Made by a program: the position numbers and the translations under genes. DNA of 64,000 bases, from the NCBI GenBank assembly GCA_000092065.1, contig CP000600.1; one strand, written 5' to 3'. The notes under the pieces are model-generated. The model was given only the letters and a program-made list of their open reading frames with translations, did no database searches and had not been told where the DNA came from. The first letter of the stretch is position 1. Each line of letters begins with the position of its first letter. Positions 40,316-49,539 of the stretch are shown here, piece by piece. The stretch comes from Ostreococcus lucimarinus (Eukaryota).

Positions 40316-41304
40316 ATGCTCGCGAGCGCGCGCCTCGTCGCCCCCGCGTCCGCGTCGCGACGCCCGACGACGTCCCCGAGCGCGTTCCGCGCGCGCGCGT
40401 CGCGCGCGATCGCCGCGCGCGCCGGTAAGAAGCGTTCAATATTCGAAGGTGCGTCAGAGCGCACAGACGTCACGCGACCGAGACTGACGACGCCGCGCGC
40501 GCGCGCGACGCAGAGATGCTGGACGTCATGGAGGGTGGCCCTAAACTGCGCCGCTGGTACGGTTCCGATAGCTCCGTCGGCGACGGCACCGGAGCGTCGG
40601 GCGACGAGAACGGCGACGAGACCGCGGCGTACGGCGACGCCGACGAGGCCGACGAGGACGACGACGACGTCGAGTTGAACCTACCCAAGACGAGCATTTT
40701 GGTCACGAACGCGGACGGCGCGCTCGGAGAATCCATCGTGGTGCAATTGATATTGGCCAAGGCGAGCGTGGTGGCGGCGTGCGAGGCGGAACAGATCGTC
40801 GGCGCGGAGACGCGGTTCGGTCCGTACGTAAACGTGGTGTCGAACTCGATGAGCGCGGGAGCGCGGTTGAACGGCGTGCGCGCGATGGTGGTGACGGACG
40901 CGCTGGAGGAGGATTTATTAGCGGCATGCGTGCGGAGAGGGGTGAAACACGTCGTGCTGGTGTCGAGCGCGAAGAGCGCGGGCGGCGGGTTGTTTCCGAG
41001 CGCCAACGAAAAGGCTCGACGAGATAAAACGAGAGAAGAGCTGGCCAAGCGAAGCGGCGTCGCGCTCACCATCATTCGACCGTGCAGCGTGAAATCATCA
41101 CCGTCGCAAGGTCGAGAGATAAGATTTGGACAGGGCGACACGCTCACGGGGGAGGTGAGCATGGAGGATTTGGCAGAAGTGTGCGCTCGTGCGCTCACGC
41201 GTCCGCCGAAGCCCGGCGAATCTCTCGAGTTCGAAGTCTCCAACGGCGCCGCCGCCGCCGAGCGCGACTGGAAAGCGTTATTCGCACCTCTAGTCATCGT
41301 TTAG
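40316..41304 (+). CDS. NAD(P)-binding Rossmann-fold protein (atypical SDR/NmrA-like), organelle-targeted; probably two exons (40316..40448, 40514..41304)
   Basis: Exon 2 (track ORF 40516) has ILVTNADGALGESIVVQLI (degenerate GxxGxxG) and VVLVSSAKSA. Exon 1 encodes MLASARLVAPASASRRPTTSPSAFRARASRAIAARAGKKRSIFE (transit-like). Joined through a 65-nt intron with GTGCGT, gagACTGACgacg and gcgacgCAG. Confidence 0.55.
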
Positions 41305-41360
41305 CTACGCTATACATTCTATCAATACAACACCGAATTCGTTTCGTTTCGTCCCGTGAG

Positions 41361-41693
41361 CTAAACCATCATCCAGCGCCAGCGCGTCGCCATCCACGCC
41401 TCGACGTCCACGTCCGCCCCCAATCCCGCGACGTCGTCCCCCGCGCGCGCCCCGATCGACAGCTCTTGCAACTCGCTCGCGAACGACGCCCAAACGACGC
41501 CGCACGCGAGCACGAGCGCGAGCGTGACGACGCGTAACACCCAGCCCTCGGTCGTCGTCGTCGCCGCGTCTGGCTTGACGAGCAGCGCGGCGCGCTCGCC
41601 GCGCCGACGCCGATCGGGATTTTCGTCTCGTCGCTTGTCGCGTCGCGCGCGCACGAACGGAAGAAAAGAGAAGACGGCGCCGAAGAGACCCAT
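41361..41693 (-). CDS. Possible small TM protein (110 aa)
   Basis: MGLFGAVFSFLPFVRARRDKRR...LRVVTLALVLACGVVWASFA... with high GC3. Sits in tandem orientation upstream of PEX10. No homology recognised. Confidence 0.25.
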   Translation of the reverse strand: MGLFGAVFSFLPFVRARRDKRRDENPDRRRRGERAALLVKPDAATTTTEGWVLRVVTLALVLACGVVWASFASELQELSIGARAGDDVAGLGADVDVEAWMATRWRWMMV

Positions 41694-41764
41694 CGCGCGG
41701 CGACGTCTGCGGTTCGACGCGGCGACGAGTGGCGAACTACGACGCTTCCTAATGACACGTCGAT

Positions 41765-42759
41765 CTAGGCAAGGTTACTCAGGGGAACCAGACTTTGAGG
41801 CGTGGTCGGCGCTCGACACAGCGGACACTCGGGCTTTTTGCTCGCCCACCCCGCGATGCAGCGCCAGCAAAAGACGTGACCGCACGGCGTCGCCGTCGGC
41901 GATTCGCGAGGCGAGAGGCAGAGCGCGCACTTGGCGGCGATCAAAGGCGACGTGGATTTCGATTTTCGAGACGCCGACGCGCCTTCGTCGACGGGATTAC
42001 CGAAGACGTCGAGCCGCGGCGATGCGACGATCGCGGCTTCGATCGCCGGCGAGCCGTCGGATTCGAGCACGCGCGCGCCGACGGACGGCGCCCCCGACGT
42101 CTCGCTCGACCCGCCCCCGCGCGCGAAGCTCGCGACGTTTTCGCACGTCACGACGGCGAGTTGAAACGCCACGAACACGCCTAACAGCGCGTAACTCGGC
42201 CGTTCCTCGCCCGCGTACGCCCCCGTGAACGCGCGTCTCGTCCCGCTCGCTCGGCAGCTCCAATCGTAATACTCCCCGTTCGCGTAAAACAGCGCCAAAT
42301 GCGCCGCGTTCGCGAACCCACCTCGCGCGTCGATCATCGCCTGCCCGTGCGACGTCGTCTCATCCCCCATCCCGCGCTCGACGCGTCGTCCCACGAGCGC
42401 CAGCGCCGTCCTCGCGCTCGCGTCCATCGCTCGCGTCGCCGCGCTCGTCTCCCCGCCCCCCAGCCCGACGCCGCGTTCGTGATTTCGCACCACGCACCCC
42501 CGCAGCTCGCGCGCGATCTCCTCGCCGAACGCATCGATCACGAACCGCGTCCAGAGCGCCCGCGCGCTCGATTTCCTTCCCCGCGCGTCCCCGCTCGCCA
42601 AGTCGCAGTACTCCTCGCCGAGCGTCGCGCGTCCGCTCAGGTACGTCAGCGCCGGGTACGCCGCCCGCCCGCACGCCCGCAGCGCGCGATTCCACCGCAC
42701 CGACAGTCGAGGTCCGAGCGCGCGCGCGCACGCGTCGTGCAGTCGCTCGGCCGTCGCCT

Positions 42760-42793
<34 letters not shown>

Positions 42794-42969
42794 TCGTCAG
42801 TCGTCAAAGTCGTTACGTCATCGCGTCGTCGCGTCGTCGCGTCGCGCGCGTCGTCGCGCGTCGCGCGCGCGTCCGGTGGACGCACCGCGGCGTGCGTCTC
42901 GTCCTTTTGCGCCGCGCGCACGACGTCGGGCCGCGCCGCGCGCGGGAATCCGCGCGAGCGCGTCGCCAT
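41765..42969 (-). CDS. PEX10: Peroxisome biogenesis factor 10 (PEX10, Pex2/Pex12 N-domain plus C3HC4 RING); two exons (42886..42969 and 41765..42757, minus strand)
   Basis: C-terminal [43 protein letters not shown]. Pex2_Pex12 region [13 protein letters not shown]. Exon 1 encodes [28 protein letters not shown] (the conserved xVxRAAQKDExY start of PEX10), joined via GTGCGT ... ACTGAC ... gcgcgCAG to [53 protein letters not shown]. Confidence 0.85.
42758..42885 (-). other. PEX10 intron (128 nt) with (GACGCGAC)/(GTCGTCGC)-type repeats and ACTGAC branch site
   Basis: Minus strand: GTGCGTccaccggacgcgcgcgcgacgcgcgacgacgcgcgcgacgcgacgacgcgacgacgcgatgacgtaacgactttgacgACTGACgacgcgacgcgacgcgacgcgacgcgacgcgcgcgCAG. 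Confidence 0.75.
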
Positions 42970-43332
42970 GGATGCGTCCCGAAGTGCCGCGCCACGCGTC
43001 GACGCGCGCGCGTCGTCGCGCGCGCGTGCCACTCGCATATACGCGCGCGCGACGACGCGCGTCGCGCGGCATGGCGTCGACGGTCGAGCGCGTGGGACGC
43101 GCGCGCGCGCCGGTTCGGAAAACCATCCTCACGCATCCCGACGACGACGCCGACGCGCTCGCGCTCGGATGCGCGGTGCACGGTGCGTCGCGCCGCGTTT
43201 GAACGCGAACGGCGCGCGCGCGCGCGAGATCGGGGACTGACGCGACGCCGACGACGGCGCGACGCTTGAACAGCGCACTTTTCGCTTCGCGACGCGACGA
43301 CGGGCGAGACGCTGCGCGACACGAGGGAAGAC

Positions 43333-44232
43333 ATGGAACCGATTCAGTTCACGCTGAGCGCGCGGACGGGCATCGCGGACGAGGAGGGAAGGACGCGCGA
43401 CGGCCCGGCGCGCGTGGAGGCGCTGGACGCGTGCGCGATGACGATGCGAGTGGGCGAGCGGGCGACGTTTGAGTGCGGGGCGGCGCTGGCGTACGGGAAG
43501 GAGGGGAACTTTTCGTTCCCGGCGGTGGGGAAAGACAGGGCGGTGGTGTTGGATTTGGAGATATTGGGCGCGCGGGGGAGCGCGGCGGCGCCGGAGATGC
43601 GACAGAGGGACATGACGTACGAGCAACGGGTGGAGCGCGTGCGCGCGCATCGATCGAACGGGAACGCGGCGTTCGCGGGGGGGCGCGCGCGCGAGGCCGT
43701 GCGCGAATACTCGATGGCGTTGACGTACTTGACGGAAGATTTTATGATGCAGTTGTTCGATAAGTACGAGGTCGAGGCGCACGAGGAGTTCGTCGCCGCG
43801 CACGGGAATTTGGCGGCGGCGTATTTGCGATTGGGCGCGTTCGAAGACGCGGTGACGCACGTCGGGTACGTCTTGAAGGTGGACGAGAACAACGCAAAGG
43901 CGTATTACAGGCGCGGTAAGGCGCGAGCGGGTTTAGGGCAGGAGGACGCCGCGAGAGAAGATTTTTTAAAGGCTAAGAAAATTACCGAAGCCGCGGGCCT
44001 CGTCGACGCGAACGTCGTCAAGGCGTTGCGAGAGATCGACGCGGCGATTCGTGATCGCGAGCGGGCGACATCGGCGGCGTTCAAGGGTATTTTCAATACG
44101 AAAACGGACGGTGGCGACGCATCGTCGAATGCCGACGCGAACGTCGCGCGAAAACCGCCGGATGGTGGCGGTTCGTTCATCTCTCGCGCAGTCGCGTCAT
44201 TATTTGGAAAATCGAGGCGCGAGGGGCCGTGA
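43333..44232 (+). CDS. TPR-repeat protein with degenerate N-terminal FKBP-like domain (TTC9/FKBP38-like)
   Basis: N-terminal ...GERATFECGAALAYGKEGNFSFPAVGKDRAVVLDLEILG resembles the C-terminal half of an FKBP fold. Followed by three TPR-like units (RSNGNAAFAGGRAREAVREYSMAL, NLAAAYLRLGAFEDAVTHVGYVL, AKAYYRRGKARAGLGQEDAAREDF). True ATG. Confidence 0.65.
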   Translation: MEPIQFTLSARTGIADEEGRTRDGPARVEALDACAMTMRVGERATFECGAALAYGKEGNFSFPAVGKDRAVVLDLEILGARGSAAAPEMRQRDMTYEQRVERVRAHRSNGNAAFAGGRAREAVREYSMALTYLTEDFMMQLFDKYEVEAHEEFVAAHGNLAAAYLRLGAFEDAVTHVGYVLKVDENNAKAYYRRGKARAGLGQEDAAREDFLKAKKITEAAGLVDANVVKALREIDAAIRDRERATSAAFKGIFNTKTDGGDASSNADANVARKPPDGGGSFISRAVASLFGKSRREGP

Positions 44233-44259
44233 GCGCGACACCTCGACGCGTGAAGCAGC

Positions 44260-46218
44260 ATGTCGGAAGAACCGAAAGAAATCACAGGCGCCACTGCGCT
44301 CTGCAAAGTCGCCGCGGCCGGAGGCGTCGAGGTGTGCTTCGCTAATCCCGGGACTTCAGAGATGCACGTCGTCGGCGCGCTGGCCGAGTGCGCGGATATT
44401 CGCAGCGTCCTCGTTCTCCACGAAAACGTCGCCACGGGCGCGGCGGACGGGTACTCTCGCGTCAAGCGCGACGTCAACCGCGATCGAAACGCGATGGCGA
44501 TGACTCTTTTGCATCTCGCCCCTGGCTTGATGAACGGACTTTCGAACTTGCACAACGCGAGCCGCGGCCGGAGCTCCATTCTCAACGTCGTCGGCGAGAT
44601 GAGCACGTTTCATCGAGGTAACGAAGCCCTGTTGGAGAACGATATCGAGTCGCTCGCGCGGACGGTGTCGACGAAATACGTGCACACGAGTGCGGCGGTG
44701 GATGCGATCGCGAGTGATGCTGCGGACGCGATCGAAGCGGCGCTTCGACACCGCGGCGTTGCCACGCAAATCGTGCCGCACGATTTGACTTGGTCTCGCG
44801 TGTTGGACAGTGGCAGACTGAGCGACGCCATCGCGCGCGCCGAAAACGTTCGCAATAGAAGAGACGGCGCCGAAGACGTGGTCGTCACTGATGCCGTTCG
44901 CGCTTTTCTGCGTGAAATGCTCGCTCGCGCGAAACCGTTGGCGCGCGGCGAAGTTCTCTTTTACATCGGAGGCGATGCGTGCGGCGAGGAAGAACTGCGG
45001 ATCGTCGGCGACGTCGCGGAAGCGCTCGGTGCGGACGTGGTGTGTGAGTGCTTCTTTTCTTGCATCGAACGCGGTGGCGATATGCCCAAAGTGCAGCGCG
45101 CGCCTTACTTTCCGAAAGACGCGGCGAACGCGTTCGCCAAGTACAAAGTCGTCATTTTTCTCGACGTGCCGCGACCGCCAACGGCGATGTTCGGCTACCG
45201 CGATTCTCCGACGAAGTTGTTCGCACAGAACGACGACGACATGTGGTTTGTCGATCCTCCCGGAAACGCGATGATGCTTGACGTCTTGCGCGCGCTCGCG
45301 ATGGAAGTGAATATCGGCGTTCAATGCGCGCCGAAGATGTCAGACGTCGCCGCCGTCGTTGAGCACGTCGTTTCCGAAGCGCTCGCGAAATCGGTCGAGG
45401 ACAAGGAGGATAGTTTGTGGAACTACGGGATGACGAGCACGAAGGCAGTGAGCGTGCACGACAAACTGTGCAAAGAGTTCGACATCAAGTTACAATCGAC
45501 GATTGTGTTCAATCACAATTCGATCAACGCGCTCACGAACGCCGTCGCGACAAAGCTCGGCATCGCAGACGAATCACCGAAGACTGCGATCGCACCGAAG
45601 GACGTAGACGCCAGCCCAAAGTCCACGCTCGAGGGTGAATACGTCCAAGTGCGATGCGATTCACCGACGGGCGCCTTGAACGGTGCCAAGGTGTGTCGAA
45701 TCATAGCCGGCATGCAACCAGCCGGCGCGATCGTCGTGGACGAATCGCTCACCTCTGGATCGACGTACTGGAAGGACAGCGAATCGTCGGCGCGTTTTAC
45801 GCACATGACGCTCACCGGCGGTTCCATCGGTTTCGCGAACGCCGCGGCGGTCGGGGTCGCTTTGGCCGCGCCCGAGAGACAAACGATCGCGCTCGTCGGC
45901 GACGGTTCGGCTCAATACACCGTCCAGGCCCTTTGGACGCAGGCGCGCGAGAAACTCAACGTCGTCACCGTGATCATGAACAACTCCAAGTATCAAATTC
46001 TCCGCGTCGAGTGCGCTATCCAGGGCGTTCGCGCGTCCGGAGGCGCGTGCGACTCGCTCACGAAACTCGACGACCCCTCGATCGACTGGTGCAAACTCGC
46101 CGAAGGGTACGGTGTTCGCGGCGTCCGCACCACTACCTGCGAGGAGTTTGCAGACGCGTTCGCGCGCGCGCTCGACGCCGACGGTCCGACGCTTATCGAT
46201 GCTGTTTTAGAGGCGTGA
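44260..46218 (+). CDS. Thiamine-diphosphate-dependent enzyme of the acetolactate-synthase/ILVBL-like family with an embedded phosphopantetheine-attachment (acyl-carrier-like) domain
   Basis: TPP_enzyme_N (EITGATALCKVAAAGGVEVCFANPG...HENVATGAADGYSR), central domain (VLFYIGGDACGEEELRIVGDVAEALGADVV), and C-terminal PP domain with GDG-x24-NN (LVGDGSAQYTVQALWTQAREKLNVVTVIMNN). Inserted between middle and PP domains is a stretch about 70 aa long that matches the PP-binding profile (DSLWNYGMTSTKAVSVHDKLCKEFDIKLQSTIVFNHNSINALTNAV). True ATG at 44260, only 27 nt after the preceding gene's stop. Confidence 0.8.
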   Translation: MSEEPKEITGATALCKVAAAGGVEVCFANPGTSEMHVVGALAECADIRSVLVLHENVATGAADGYSRVKRDVNRDRNAMAMTLLHLAPGLMNGLSNLHNASRGRSSILNVVGEMSTFHRGNEALLENDIESLARTVSTKYVHTSAAVDAIASDAADAIEAALRHRGVATQIVPHDLTWSRVLDSGRLSDAIARAENVRNRRDGAEDVVVTDAVRAFLREMLARAKPLARGEVLFYIGGDACGEEELRIVGDVAEALGADVVCECFFSCIERGGDMPKVQRAPYFPKDAANAFAKYKVVIFLDVPRPPTAMFGYRDSPTKLFAQNDDDMWFVDPPGNAMMLDVLRALAMEVNIGVQCAPKMSDVAAVVEHVVSEALAKSVEDKEDSLWNYGMTSTKAVSVHDKLCKEFDIKLQSTIVFNHNSINALTNAVATKLGIADESPKTAIAPKDVDASPKSTLEGEYVQVRCDSPTGALNGAKVCRIIAGMQPAGAIVVDESLTSGSTYWKDSESSARFTHMTLTGGSIGFANAAAVGVALAAPERQTIALVGDGSAQYTVQALWTQAREKLNVVTVIMNNSKYQILRVECAIQGVRASGGACDSLTKLDDPSIDWCKLAEGYGVRGVRTTTCEEFADAFARALDADGPTLIDAVLEA

Positions 46219-46267
46219 GTTCTAGAATCGCTCGCTCGCTCACGTACATTTCATGTTCATTTTACAA

Positions 46268-47572
46268 TCAACTCTCCGTCTCAACGTGCGCCAACGCCGC
46301 GGCTCTTCGCTCTTCCGTCAACGCGTGCGAGGCAAACTTTTTGTGTCGCGAGAGCGCGTCGCTTTCTTCTCGCACGCGCGCGTCTAGAACGCTCACCGCG
46401 CGCAGTCCCCGCTTCAACGCCTCTGCGATGTCTTCGATCGTCGCCGACGATTCGTCGCCCTCCGAGAAACGCACGACGCCGTCGACGCCGTCGATGCGCG
46501 CGGCTATTTCGCCTCGCACAATCATACCGTACAACACTCTTTCCGCGGCTTCGACGTCTGAGAACCCGATCGCGCTCGCGAAATCCCCCAAGCGAAGCGT
46601 CGAGTACGTCTTCGCGAGCGAACGCGCTTTCGCCGCGACGGCTCGATCGCGCACGAGCGCGACCAATCCGGCGTTTCCGTCGAGCTCGTACGTCGCCTCG
46701 TGTCGCTCGACGACGTCGGCCAGCTCCTTCGCGGCGTCGCGTTTCTTCGCAGCCGCGAGCAGCGACGCGTACGCGTCGCACTCGCGCGACGTGGAGTACT
46801 TCTTCGCCGGCGACGAGAACGTCGACGCGTCGGCGACGGCGTCCGCCAACAGCGTCGCCAGCGCGTACTTTTTATACGCCGCCACCGCGATGGCGCTGAG
46901 CGCCGTCGCGGGCGCGCTCAGCGCGTCTTGAAACCACCGCGCGGCTTCGGGATATCGTCGCAACGCCAAGAGCGCGCGACCGCCGTAGTAGCACCGCAGC
47001 AAAAAGTCCGTCGCGTCCAGCGCCGGGGCGACGTCCATCGCCGGCGCGGCGAGAATCCCATCGCTCGCCGCGAGCGCGTCGTACGCCTTCAGCTTCAAGC
47101 ACACTCGCAAGTAACACGCATCCTGCGGCGTGATCACCGCCTCGCTCTGCGCGCGCGCCATCGCGACGTCGCGCGCGCGTCCGAGCGCCTCCGCCACCGT
47201 CCGCCCGTCCGCCCCGCGCGCGCGCCCTCGACACCAAAGCTCGCTCAAACCGCGACACACGTCCGCGAAATCCCACGCGTCGTCGTCTTCGCCCTCGCCC
47301 TCCTCGATCGACGCCTCGACGCACGCGCGCACCGCGCGCGCCGCGAATGCCTCGTCGTCCGCCTCGTCGTCCTCGTCGCCCCGTCCCTCTCGCGCCCTCC
47401 CCACCGCCTCCCGCGCGTACGCCGCGAGCGCCGCGCGCGCGAACCCACGCCTCTCTACCTCCGTCGCGCCCTCCAGCTCGCTCGCGTCGTCCACGAACGT
47501 CCGCCACCGCGTCGCCGCGTCGCCGCGTCTCTTCTCGCCGCGTCCCATCGCGTCCCGCGTCCACGCGTCCAT
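46268..47572 (-). CDS. CSN3: COP9 signalosome subunit 3 (CSN3, PCI domain)
   Basis: DFLLRCYYGGRALLALRRYPEAARWFQDALSAPATALSAIAVAAYKKYALATLL parallels the CSN3 FLCYYYYGGMIY...[20 protein letters not shown] block. C-terminal PCI/winged helix (LRLGDFASAIGFSDVEAAERVLYGMIVRGEIAARIDGVDGVVRF). Start at internal ATG (M82 of the track ORF). Confidence 0.8.
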   Translation of the reverse strand: MDAWTRDAMGRGEKRRGDAATRWRTFVDDASELEGATEVERRGFARAALAAYAREAVGRAREGRGDEDDEADDEAFAARAVRACVEASIEEGEGEDDDAWDFADVCRGLSELWCRGRARGADGRTVAEALGRARDVAMARAQSEAVITPQDACYLRVCLKLKAYDALAASDGILAAPAMDVAPALDATDFLLRCYYGGRALLALRRYPEAARWFQDALSAPATALSAIAVAAYKKYALATLLADAVADASTFSSPAKKYSTSRECDAYASLLAAAKKRDAAKELADVVERHEATYELDGNAGLVALVRDRAVAAKARSLAKTYSTLRLGDFASAIGFSDVEAAERVLYGMIVRGEIAARIDGVDGVVRFSEGDESSATIEDIAEALKRGLRAVSVLDARVREESDALSRHKKFASHALTEERRAAALAHVETES

Positions 47573-47907
47573 CGCCCCTCGCGCTCTCGCGCGCGCCGCC
47601 GAGCGCCCGCGCGGTTCCCTCGTCGCGTGCCTCGACGACCGTCGTCGTCGCGGCGCGTGCGCGAGCGTCGCGCTCGCCGTCGACGCGCGGTGTCGCGCGT
47701 CGTCGTCGCGCGCGCCGTCCGACCGCGACGACGTCGTCGGCGTCTGAATCGTCGTCGCGTCGCGCGCGCGCGTCGACGCGCGCGCGCGTCGACGCGCCTC
47801 CAGCGCCGCGCGCATCGCGTCGCGTCGTCGACGTCGACGGGGCGTCGCGTCGTCGCGCGACGCGCGATGACGAACGATCGATGCGTGGACGGTGGTCGAC
47901 GCCGACG

Positions 47908-47928
47908 CCCTAAACCCTAAACCCTAAA
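47908..47928. repeat. Interstitial telomere-like repeat (CCCTAAA)3 / telo-box-like element
   Basis: gccgacgCCCTAAACCCTAAACCCTAAAaaatttagg in the divergent region between the CSN3 and glutaredoxin-like genes. Complement of plant-type TTTAGGG. Confidence 0.6.
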
Positions 47929-48229
47929 AAATTTAGGATACTTCACTCAAGGAGAGCTTTTAGATGATATATTCATCAAAGCACCACGATCTCATCCGCG
48001 CGCCAATCGGCGAATCGGTTTCGTGTTACGGGTCCGACGCCGTGACGGCGACGACGTGCGTGGCGCGAAATTAGGGGAAATTGCGCGCGCACGACGAAAA
48101 AATTAGTGACCATCGTCACCGACCTCAACACAAACGTGCGGTCGAACCGCCGTCGCGCGCGCGCGAATCGGCGAATCGGTTTCGTGTTACGGGTCCGACG
48201 CGTGACGTCACGACACATCTACACATCTC

Positions 48230-48280
48230 GACGACGACGACGACGACGACGATGGCGATGGCGATGGCGATGGCGACGGC
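48230..48280 (+). repeat. (ACG)n then (ATGGCG)n coding microsatellites (poly-Thr, then MAMAMA) at the 5' end of the glutaredoxin-like gene
   Basis: cgacgacgacgacgacgacgacg followed by atggcgatggcgatggcgatggcgacggcgacg. A second (GAC)n block at 48398..48435 encodes Thr11 inside the presequence. Confidence 0.6.
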
Positions 48281-48400
48281 GACGCGCTCGACGGCGACGA
48301 TGGCGAGGACGACGCGCGCGATGGCGGCGACGGCGCGCGCGGGGCGCGGCGCGCGGGCGTCCGGCGCGCGCGCGGTGAAGATGCCGATGAAGATGACGAA

Positions 48401-48436
<36 letters not shown>

Positions 48437-49427
48437 GGCCGTGCGCGAGGACGACGAGGACGCGTCGAGCGAACCGGAGATCGTCGAACCGAGCGCGATG
48501 CGCGAACCGACGACGACGACGACGACGCCGGACGCGACGTCGGAGGTGATTCGCGTCGAGACGCGCGCGGAGGGCGAATACGAGCTGCGGCAGACGACGA
48601 CGCCGAAGAGATTCGCGGTGGCGGACGGCGAGCTTCTGAACGTGGCGACGGCGGCGGCGCCGATCGCGCTGCGATGGACGAGCGGATTGATGTGTCACGG
48701 GTACGAGGCGAAGGTCGTGGACGGCGAGGTCGGCGAGGGCGAGTACGCGGTGTGGTCGGGGAGCGGGAAGGCGGTGCGGGAGACGTCGGACGTCGCGAAG
48801 TTCCCTCGCCCGGAGAAGCCGCTGAAGATGTACCAGTTTCAGGGATGTCCGTTTTGTAAGAAGGTTCGCGAGGCGGTGATTTCGTTGGATTTGGACGTGA
48901 TTTACTACCCGTGCCCGAGAGACGGGCCGGAATATCGCGAATTCGTGCGCGCCGAGGGCGGACGCGCGCAGTTTCCGTATCTCGTCGACGACAACACCGG
49001 GACGAAAATGTACGAAAGCGACGACATCATCGCGTACATGTACGAAAAATACGGACCGGGCAAGGCAAACATCGGTCCGGCGTTGACGAGCGGAACGCTG
49101 ACCTCCGTCACGGCGGGTTTGGCGCTGTTGCCGAGACTCGGGAAAGGGTCGGCGTACGCGCCGTCGAAGAAGCCGGAAAACATGCAACCGATCGTGTTTT
49201 ACGGCTACGAGGGTAGTCCGTTTTGCGTTTTAGTGGCGGAAAAGTTGTGCGAGTTGGAGCTGCCTTACCTGCAGCGGTCGTGCGGACGAGGCTCGCCCAA
49301 GCGTCAAGAGTTGTTCGACAAGCGCGGCACGTTTCAAGTGCCGTACATCGAGGACCCCAACACCGGCATCGCCATGTTCGAATCGAAGGACATCGTCAAC
49401 TACTTACAAGAGCAGTACGCGGCGTAA
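48252..49427 (+). CDS. Protein with two tandem glutaredoxin/GST-N (thioredoxin-fold) domains, organelle-targeted
   Basis: Two repeats of YQFQGCPFCKKVREAVISLDL... and VFYGYEGSPFCVLVAEKLCELEL... (CPFC / SPFC motifs), each followed by a FPYLVDDNTG / VPYIEDPNTG segment. Long T/A/M-rich presequence. Start taken at ATG 48252. Confidence 0.65.
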
Positions 49428-49462
49428 CGACTTTCCGCCGCTCGAGAGAGAACGAACACACT

Positions 49463-49467
49463 TGTAA
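49463..49467 (+). promoter_or_regulatory. TGTAA putative poly(A) signal after glutaredoxin-like gene
   Basis: cacacttgTAAcgaa about 35 nt after the stop at 49425..49427. Confidence 0.3.
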
Positions 49468-49539
49468 CGAATACGCAGCAACGATTTTTTTAGTGTAGAC
49501 GCGATACGCGCTGTGTGGATATTAAATTCCAGATTTTTA

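Noticed and set aside
42876-43269. ORFs 42876..43202 and 42892..43269 between PEX10 and the TPR gene as a possible small gene.
   Set aside because: R/A-rich low complexity and GC-repeat DNA (gtcgcgtc tracts). More consistent with the divergent promoter/5' UTR region of PEX10 (ATG 42969) and the TPR gene (ATG 43333).
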